Assembly: GCA_002269645.1 (NCBI GenBank)
Contig: NIVC01000186.1
Span: 558,001-622,000, forward strand
Length of the DNA: 64,000 bases
Direction of reading: 5' to 3'
DNA from: Macrostomum lignano
Taxonomy: Eukaryota
Shown: one piece after another, positions 55,118-64,000 of the stretch
How positions within the stretch are numbered: position 1 is the stretch's first letter
Layout of the letters: every line of letters begins with the position of its first letter
The notes under the pieces: model-generated
Database searches by the model: none
Seen by the model: the letters and a program-made list of their open reading frames with translations, nothing else
Told to the model about the DNA's origin: nothing
Translations under genes and position numbers: made by a program

Positions 55118-58099
55118 TACCTGGGCATTGCACTTATGAAATTTATAAAACTATAATACATATAAAATGAACAGGGACAGCAAAACCGACGCATCAGCTG
55201 CACAATTTTCAGTACACCACATGCACAATGTAAACAGAGAAAAAAACGATTATTCTTCATGAGTTCATTTTAAATACACGATTTTTCATTTAATTCCCTT
55301 AAAATATATCCTATTTGGCTTACTGACTTTATGACAATCAAAACGAAAGCATGCCATTTGATTGATATGCTAGGTAGAAGTATATTACTTAAATAGCTCA
55401 CCTGTAAATTAGTTGACATTGCAAACTACTTAAACTGTTTCCAATTAACATTAATTAGAGTTACACAACAAGCAGGACCTGCAATGTAAGATATTGATAT
55501 AGAGGTGTAAAATACTTCTTTGCCTTAAATAAAAAAATATGATTAAATACAAAAGTAAAAATCAATAGTTCACAGAAAGTTGGCATTTATTTAATAACCA
55601 TAAAGTTAAAAAGTTTAGTTTAGCAAAAAAGTTTAAAATTTTAAAGGTCTCCTTCAAAAGGGAGAAGAAATCAAATATGCTAGAATATTTTGGCTAATAT
55701 TTTTTACTAGAATCTTACTAGATTTGCTACTAGCTAAGTTTATACACTTGTAGTAAGATCATATTTTTTATTTTTAAAGGTTTAGGAGATGCTCATTTTA
55801 TATTTCTATTTAGTTTCAGCCTAGATCTATGTAGCATAAAACCAAACACTTAAGAGTATAGGGAGCAAATTTTTTATAACACAAGGATCTTCCTGGGGAT
55901 TGATTTTATAAGCCTTAAGTTCAATAGAGGCATAAAGCCTTACTTAAGTTTAGATATACCAATTCTTGACCCATTGGAAACCACCCACCTCATAGTCTCA
56001 AAGGTTAATAATCAACTACCAAGACATAGGAAATAAGCAAGTTCTTGATGGGGTTTTATTTTTACCTGATTAAAAATTATTTATCTGCAATGCATATATA
56101 TGAGCTTTATTAAAGCTTTAAGTATTGTTGGGTTGAAATTTTAGTTTATAGTTAAAGTGTGTATTGCATTTTAATTTTTTCTTTTTTTTGTTGAAGCACA
56201 TATTTTTTTATTTTGTAAGTACTCAACAGGTGTCTAGGATAAGAAAATATTGAAAAGAACAATGAAAAATATTTTGGGTACTTGCATAAGGTCAATTTTT
56301 TCTTTTACTATAGCTAAAAGGCAAACTTTTTATTGATATTTCATGTATATGGCAAGTACTCAAAAATATTTGACTATTATTATTAGAGTTTAAAAATTAA
56401 ATACAAATATACAACCAAAATATTAATATAAAAAGTACAGAGCATACAAAAATTGAAAAATCTTTAGTTTATTATGATTAAAATTATTAAAATATTAGTA
56501 AATATTTTATTATCTTTCTTCTTCTATATGCTAAATATAAAATCTTGAGGCCAATCTTGACAAAACTTATACTTTTAGCTTGCAAATTTTCCACCAATGG
56601 TGTGGCAGATTTTGCTAAGTTTTGTTAAGGCTGTTTAATTTGCAAAAAAACTGCTTTTTGCCACATTTTTCTATGCTCAGCTGAACAGGCTTTGTGACTG
56701 CCAGTTTGGCTAACTTTATTGAGGTTGCATCAGCATTCTAGCCTACCTATTTAGTCTATCAGTGTATTTAATTCAATTCAAGCCAGGCTGATTTGTATGC
56801 TGAAAGGAGTGGGGTTTATTGGCCTACTAAGCAATGTGCAAAGACATATATTCCTTTTGGCTGACTGATGTCAGAATGTACACTCTCTAAACTGGCTAGC
56901 TATTGATAGTGCTTGGTACTGAAATTGATTAAACTACTTTTTGTACATAGTTTAGCCAGCAGGGTTATATTATAGACACTAGACACACTCTTCTAATAAA
57001 CACTCCCAACTCTCTCTCTCAGAGCACAGTTTTTGGTTCAGAAATGATTATATAGCACTTTTACAACTCTAGCTGTGACAACCATAGAGGAAGTGTTGAA
57101 AATGATGCAAAGTATAAGAAGAATGCCAAATGCATATAAAATACTGGCTGTAACAATGACAAGCACCACAAGCTAGAGGGCAAGTGTGGCTCAATCTTCA
57201 GTATGTATCTTTTTGACACTGTCAGAATATGTCTATTGCTTTTACTTACTCAGTTGCTTTCTAGAGACACTTGCCCATGCAAAATCGTAAAATTTTTTAG
57301 GAGTTTAAAGCAGGTAAAAAAAGTAAGTAGAGTGAGAATGATAGAGGCAAAGATACAAAGGAGATAGAAGAAGAATTTACAAGTGGTCTTTCCCAAACAC
57401 CAATTTTTTTCTACATTTCAGAAAAAACCTGCTTCAATTGTGGCTAAGTGGGTCACAGGTGGCGCCAATATCACCAACTGGCACATATAATGGCCTACAG
57501 TGGGTGGCTGTTGGAAGGACTGTTGGAAGAACTGTGGTGGCAAATGTGAGGGCAGGCGCTTCAATGCAAATAAAGGAGAATACAGTTTTGGCAGCTTTTA
57601 AAGCAGCAATTCTTGCAGTGGCAGCACTGGCATTGTAGTGCAAATTCAAGGCAACCACTGTTGAGTCGTATAAGTAGATACAACAGGTGCTGCGGCTGGA
57701 GTTTTATTGTCAATTGGGGCAGGTGATCTTATCAGGCAGCAGGCTATGGTTGCTGCTATGGCAAAAATGAAAATAGATTGAGAGTCTAGTAAGAGACCAA
57801 TTGCAGATGTCTACTGAATTATAATTTGGTATTTGGAATTTAATTAAACAATTTGATCTTCATATTTATTGTTCATTACCAAGAATGGAGTGATGGTCAT
57901 ATTGAATGCTGCATGTATTCTTTATGTTTACAGTCCACAGTTATGTGCGGCTTACAAATAATAAGTCATTTTGAATGAAACTTTATTGTTACTTCTTTAT
58001 TTTTATGCAAGACTTGTACTGGCGATATACAAAGGCACCCACCTATTGCACAAGGTGCCCACCTATGGAACTGGGTGCCCATTCTGTTCAGATGGCGAT

Positions 58100-58620
58100 G
58101 ATAAAGAGAATAGAAAGATGAAGAGTGTGGTAGGTTAGGAGAGTGACTGATGGAGAGAGTGACAAGAGTGACTAAAGGAGAGAGTGACAGGTGCAAAGAA
58201 TGACAGATGGAGATAGAGAGTGGCAGGATAAGAGAGTAATAGAGTGGCAGATGGAGAGAGTGACAGATGGAGAGAATGATAGATGGAGAGAGTGAAAGGT
58301 AGAGAGAGTGACATATAAAGAGATGATAGATAGAGAGTGGCAGGATAAGAGATTTGCAGATGGAGAGAGTGACAAATAGTGTCAGATGGAGACATGACAG
58401 ATATGGAAGGTGACAAATGAGAGTGACAGATGCAGACTGACAGATGGAGAGTAGCAAGATAAGAGAGTGGCAGATTGAGAGAGTGATGGATGGAGAGAGT
58501 GGCAGATAGTGAGAGTGACAAATGGAGAGAGTGGCAGATAGAGAGTGACAGATAGAGAAAGTGGCAGATGGAGTGACAGATAGGGAGAATGACAGATAGA
58601 AAGTGGCAGGTTAAGAGAGT
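58100..58620. repeat. Degenerate GAGAGTG(A/G)CAGATG-type tandem repeat
   Basis: Directly visible, irregular period. Confidence 0.8.
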
Positions 58621-58624
58621 GCTT

Positions 58625-58900
58625 CTGGGCCACCATTGTCCACTTTGTATAATGGACAACACTATCCACCTTTTTGTGTCCAGAGACAGTTTGAATTGCT
58701 TTGGCACTGAATCCAGCAGATGACAAGCTTGTTATGGTTATTGCGCAGATCAAATGGTTAGTGTAGTCCTGCAAGAGCCTCAAGATTGTCCTGTGAACTG
58801 AGAAACAGCTTTTTCCTTGCATTGTCTAATACTAGCATGGTTACAAATTGAAGTTTGTCCAATGAGAGACCAGAAATTTCTTTCTCTGCAATTCCTTTGT
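58625..58900 (-). mobile_element. Decayed Crypton-type tyrosine-recombinase transposon fragment
   Basis: Translates YTNHLICAITITSLSSAGFSAKAIQTVSGHKKVDSVVHY, matching the tyrosine-recombinase HxxR...SGH.....Y box; the Arg position reads TGC; frameshift just upstream (EALAGL then YTNH). Confidence 0.7.
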
Positions 58901-59093
58901 AGTTCGGCATGGTTGATCTTGAATATGTATAGTCAGTCTTGCTAGTCTCACTTCTTTCTTTCATTTTTAGCTTCTCTTGGCTTCTTTTTTCTTTCTTTTA
59001 TAATTAAATTATATAGTTTCTCACTAAATCATTGTCTATGGTAAAAATGTGGAAGCTTTGCACCCATACCTCCATCATTTGCTGCCATACCCT

Positions 59094-59517
59094 TAGTGAT
59101 AGATCGAAATTATTTTTCAAATCGAAATTGAAATCGAAATTTAGATACGAGTAGCCTATATCCATTTCATTAAAATTTAGCCAATTAAAATCCACACCGA
59201 TGAGTTCAGCCAGTGGGCTTGTAGAGGCTGAGGTGGGTGCAGCACAAGGCCTTGAACAGTGTGTGCCCCGCACAATCTTTTCTTATAGAAAAGACGATTC
59301 TCACCTCCCCACTGAGTCTTTGAACCGCACTTCCTTTCACTTCCTATAGATTTTCTTACTCGTGTAGCATGATCATCAATGTCTAAATTGTTAAAATATA
59401 ACCAAAATTTCGAAATGATTTTTGATGAATGGTGTCGAAATTCGAAATTATTTCAATGCAAAACTAGTTTTGAAATTTGGAATATTGAAATCGAAATCGA
59501 ATTTCGATCCATCACTA
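59094..59517. mobile_element. hAT-type MITE
   Basis: TIRs TAGTGATAGATCGAAATT and (reverse complement) TAGTGATGGATCGAAATT, 17/18; perfect 8-bp TSD CATACCCT at 59086-59093 and 59518-59525. Confidence 0.9.
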
Positions 59518-59567
59518 CATACCCTCATGCCTATATTCATCAATACAGCTCATATGCTTGTATAACT

Positions 59568-59670
59568 TAGCCATATAGTCATGGTATAATCACAATAGCC
59601 CAAGGGATTTCTCATTATTGCCTGAAAAGCCTGGGTAATAATATACAATTTTACCATGACTATGTGGCTA
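59568..59670. mobile_element. Tiny foldback/MITE, 103 bp
   Basis: 19-bp inverted ends TAGCCA(T/C)ATAGTCATGGTA, 18/19; the outer TA could be a TSD. Confidence 0.55.
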
Positions 59671-59704
59671 TCAGGCAGGCTGATATTTGATTATTGCCAT
59701 AGAC

Positions 59705-59785
59705 TAGGGGTTGGCAACCTTTTTTCCACTTGAGGGCCAAATGAGGTTTTTGGTTCAAGACCATGGGCCACAGGTTGCACCGCCC
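59705..59785 (+). mobile_element. Isolated hAT (Charlie-like) left end
   Basis: TAGGGGTTGGCAACCTTTTT...GAGGGCC resembles hAT termini; no partner end found. Confidence 0.35.
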
Positions 59786-62700
59786 ACTTTATTACTTCCT
59801 TCCCCTCATTGGGTCTTTACCATCAATGTCAACGTCATGAACAATCAAACAACTGAATATTAATAGGATTATAACATTGCTAGTCTTGAGCAGTGTAAAA
59901 GATTGCTGCCTTCACCCCTCACTAAAACTTGCCCAAAAGTGCCTATGGCCTTTTTGGATGACGTGGCATGACAAGTCAGCACAAATTTAAACCCTCCGTG
60001 ACATGTTGGAGCATATTCAAAAGTAAAAATAATTACGTGTAACAAACTGCAACATTGCCTAATTTAGTTTATTACTTACTATTATTTAATTGCAGTATAA
60101 CAATATAACTTTGCTTGAACATTTGTTTTATAGAAATAGAAATTAAATAGCTTTTAAAGTAAATATATAGAAAATAAGGTAGCTATCTTACCTATATGCC
60201 ATGCAGATAAGCAGAAAATTATTCCTATAATACTATAGGAATAAGATAAAAATTATTCTTATAATACTTTACTAGGAATAACTTATATTATTTCTATGCC
60301 ATGGTATTATGGGGATAAGCATTGCCAACAAAAGAATAACCCTATTATCTTAAAAATATAGGGCCTAAGATATAAAAAGTGTAACAAAATTGCTTTTCTC
60401 AAATTAATTATATGATATACAAATCTCCTCAATAATCAATATAGATGGTACCAATAATTGCAATGAAAAGGATTTTTAAACATAAGTAGGCCCCCTAGGC
60501 CTTTTTTCAAGTTATTTTTTCTTTGTTAATGTTTTAATCAAATGATATAAGTCTAAATGGTAAGTTAATTTAAATAGGCCTAAAAATCATATAGGGCCTA
60601 GTCTATATTCTAGAATAGTCTAATAATAGCCTAATAGGCCCTAGGGGCCTAGTCATGTTAAATAATAGAAATAATATCTAGCTATAATATCTAGTAGGGC
60701 CTAAGCTAAATTCTTAGCCAATAAAAAATAACCTATACCTGACCTGGTTTGGCTGGTTAGGGCCTATAGGCCTAGAGTTTTAAACCAATCCTAGGCCCAA
60801 TTAGGACCTAACTAAAAATCAGCTGAAAAAATGCCTAAAATAAAGCAATTTATATTGTATTAATTGACTAATTTGACTTGATACTGCTTACTACCTATTG
60901 CTATACTGATTGTTTCTAGCCTCTCTAGGCCTACCTATGGCTATGCTATGCTAGCAACAGTTGGGAAAGATAGATGAATAAGGCTAAAATGTCATTATGA
61001 TTTTATTTAAAATTTAATTTTTCTAAGCCAAAAGCAAGGCAGGCAAGTTAGGCCTAGCCTAGCCCAGGCCTAAGTTAAGGAAGCCTACATTTACAAAAAT
61101 GGTGTCTTCTGCTTTTGAAATAAACTACCTACAGGCTACACTAGGCCTAAGTAAAAAGCCTGCAATAAAAAGGCAATTAGACAATAATAATAATAAAGGA
61201 CTAAGCATAGACGGCCATGCCCATGCCTCATGCATGGTCATGGAGTAGAATAATAGTCATAGCATAGGGCCTACTAAGCCATAATTTCACTATCAGTCTA
61301 ACAATTTTAGTAGTGGTAGAATTACTTCTTAAACACTTTTTCCACCAGGCCTATATATACTCACAAATAACACTTTTCTTAAGATTTGAAAATATATGCT
61401 AGGGCCTATGGGCCTACCTTGAAATGCTCACTATACCACGAAGTCAAATTTCTAAATGACCTTAAATGACCTTAAAACATTTAAACTATTGAATGGCGGA
61501 GCTTCTGATTGTGTTGTGAAATAATGTTTTGCTGACTGTCTGCTCTTCGATCAAAAAAGAAAACTTATAAAACCCAACGCACTCTTCACAAATAAAGCGA
61601 ATTTTTTATTTACAGGCCAGCGGATCAAAACCTTTTGTAGGGTCTTGATAGAAGTGGTTGGTTGCTCCCGGCACCCGTAAATTATAGCAATTGTATTGAA
61701 GAGTACTACATCCTAAAGATGTTAGTGAAACATAGTTGAGACTTGACTTTAAAATAAACAATGAAACTATGGTAGTGCGCGTATGCGACTTCGACTAAGG
61801 TTATCAGGCCGAAATTCTATTTAAATTATGTTTTAAATCTCTTCTTACTTGACTGACTCGCAATCTCTGACCAAATGACAAATCCATCAGGTATACAATA
61901 AATTCATTGTTTAGGCCCTACTCCCAACTGATAAAGAATTAGAATATTTTTTGCCAGCATATTCGCTGGCAAACCTCGTCTACTTTTTGTGTAACACAAT
62001 TGTACAATTATTCAATCATGAAAATCTATACCCAAAATGCATATTTAAAAATTCAACAATAGAGCCTTGAAATTCATCTGTTTGAGACCGAATGATACAT
62101 CGGGCAGCTATCTAAATATTTCAAGCTTAGTAAACCACAAATGTGAGTTTAGGGTAACTTTGAAGCATAATGCATATGATTACGACGTCGTTATGCGTTT
62201 TATCAACATTTCTTTGTTTTGGTCGCTGAATTGATCAGTAGTATGCGAAAGTAAAAATTTAAATTTTATTTCGCCCGTATTTTTACATTGTTCCTCTTCT
62301 ATCAGTAGACTAGTATGTAATAAGTAGTATAATTGGACTGTTTTTATTCAAATAGAATTTTAAAGCTAGTTCTATATGCCTCCATTTTATGCATTTTTGT
62401 GCTTTTATGCCTTTTGAATGCTTAGAATTTTTTTAGTATTGTGAATTGCATATTAGGCCTATCTTCGACTTCAATTAATGTCTTGGGAGCAATGGGAGGT
62501 TGATTAGGCCCCAGGTAAATGTCTGCGATTACCAGCCTGTTTGCTATTAGAGTTAGAGTTAGAGTTAGCAGAGTTCTTAACACGTGTTGTGCAATGCTAT
62601 TTTTATTTAGGCTTATGAGTTTATAAGTAAAGAAATTAGGAGTTATTATTCTATTAGAATGCTCACTAAAATACAACCTCACTAGGGTCTAGGCCTATTA

Positions 62701-64000
62701 CTGTGTGTATAAATATAAATATATAGCATTGGCCTAGGCTAGGCCTATCCAATGGCAATAGATTAATTGCCAAAACTCATCCTTGCCTTTAGATTTTTAA
62801 AACAATTAGCCAATAACCTGCCTAGGCCTAGACCCTATTTTAAAAAAATATTTATGTTACTGCAATTGGGCCCTGTTAGTTTCATTTTTGTTTAATTGTT
62901 TTTAATTGTAATTATTTATATTAGGGCCTATATTCCAAACCAAAAGCCATTTCTAACTTCCATTTTTATATGAAGGAAGGGACCAATTTTTTAAATAGAT
63001 TTGCAATAAGTTTTTTGTTCAGGTTATAATATAATAAAATAAGACATTTTTTTAATTAATTGAAATCTAGCCATACTCTGGAAGGCATACATCATGCCAA
63101 AAAATTCTGGTGGGCATTTGGTTTGGCCTAAAAATTGTGGCATGCATTGGCATATATTTGGGTATTGCATGCCAAAAGTGGCATGTTGATGTGCTATAGA
63201 ATGATATAGCTAGCATAGAATATGGCCTGGCATGATAGTAGGTCATGTTTTGTTGAGACAAAAGTTTGTGAAAAGATATGGTCTTATAAAGACAAGAAGT
63301 TATACTTATTTTTATTGCAAAATGACAAGTAAATTTTAATGTGTCAAAAGCAATGTTATATACTTGCATGCTACAAAAGTTTTTAAAAATGTTAAAGACT
63401 TAGTTTTTTGAAGTGAATTTTTTAAACATACAAAGTTGCATGTTTTTTTTGTAACATTATTTTGGCATGCATTTGCTTTGCTTGGCATTGGCATGCATCT
63501 ACTTAGCACTAGTGTGTATCTACTTAGCATTGGCATGCATCTACTTGGCACTGGCATGCATTGGTTCAGAGCATTTTAGCATGAATTCAACTAGAAATAT
63601 AGTAGGCTTGTATTATTTCAAATATTCCTTTTTATATTATATTTATAATCTAGCCTATTATTTCAGATTTTTGCTATTGCTATTTCTAATTTTTTATAGC
63701 CTTTTAGGCTTTTAATATTTGTATCTATCTAAGGGCCTATGCCCTGCTATAGCTTATTAATTTACTATCCCTCTTAGTGCCCCCTTTCAGGATAGCCAAG
63801 AAGCAAAGAAAAAAATTAAGGAATGAAGCCTTTTATCTATCAAAGTTTTTATGTATAAGCATTAGTTTTAATTTTTAATCCATTTTCAAAGCTAATATGT
63901 CAAAAGAGGTAATGTAAAAACAGAATAAATAGTCATTTATAATGCTTAGTTCAAGGTTATTAAGGTTATAAACATAGCAAAAATAGTCTATAGAAGCTTG

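Noticed and set aside
62547-62568. (TTAGAG)n as an interstitial telomere
   Set aside because: Only about 3.5 units and not TTAGGG

Overview
Eukaryotic (metazoan) genomic DNA. It has GC-rich spliced genes with poly-Ala/Gly/Gln tracts, GT-AG introns and a very high load of micro- and minisatellites; this style suggests a macrostomid flatworm such as Macrostomum (inference only). Eight protein-coding loci can be built by hand with phase-consistent splice sites: (1) a Par-3/Bazooka-like gene (-, 3' end outside the window, apparently lacking PDZ1); (2) a monofunctional secreted peptidyl-alpha-hydroxyglycine alpha-amidating lyase (PAL, -, one apparent 1-nt frameshift); (3) an intronless 4-TM protein with two PPxY motifs (-); (4) the C2H2 transcription factor glass (-); (5) a two-exon uncharacterised gene (-); (6) a ~1228-aa hillarin/KY-like transglutaminase-fold pseudoenzyme ending in a dynein microtubule-binding-domain-like module (+); (7) an NT5DC2/3-like HAD nucleotidase (-); (8) an intronless ~797-aa orphan (+). 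Most long ORFs in the supplied track are artefacts of tandem repeats. The most notable observations are these. All 17 long introns carry their own tandem array while all 6 short introns carry none. One array is an amplified copy of its own exon-intron donor junction. A MITE-like element with TIRs and a 6-bp direct repeat carries a fragment of 28S rRNA spanning the R2/I-PpoI target site. The right-hand 9 kb is an AT-rich, CpG-poor region of decayed transposons (Crypton-type tyrosine recombinase remnant, hAT MITE with 8-bp TSD) enriched in TAGGCCTA-type palindromes. All similarities were judged by eye; no searches were run.
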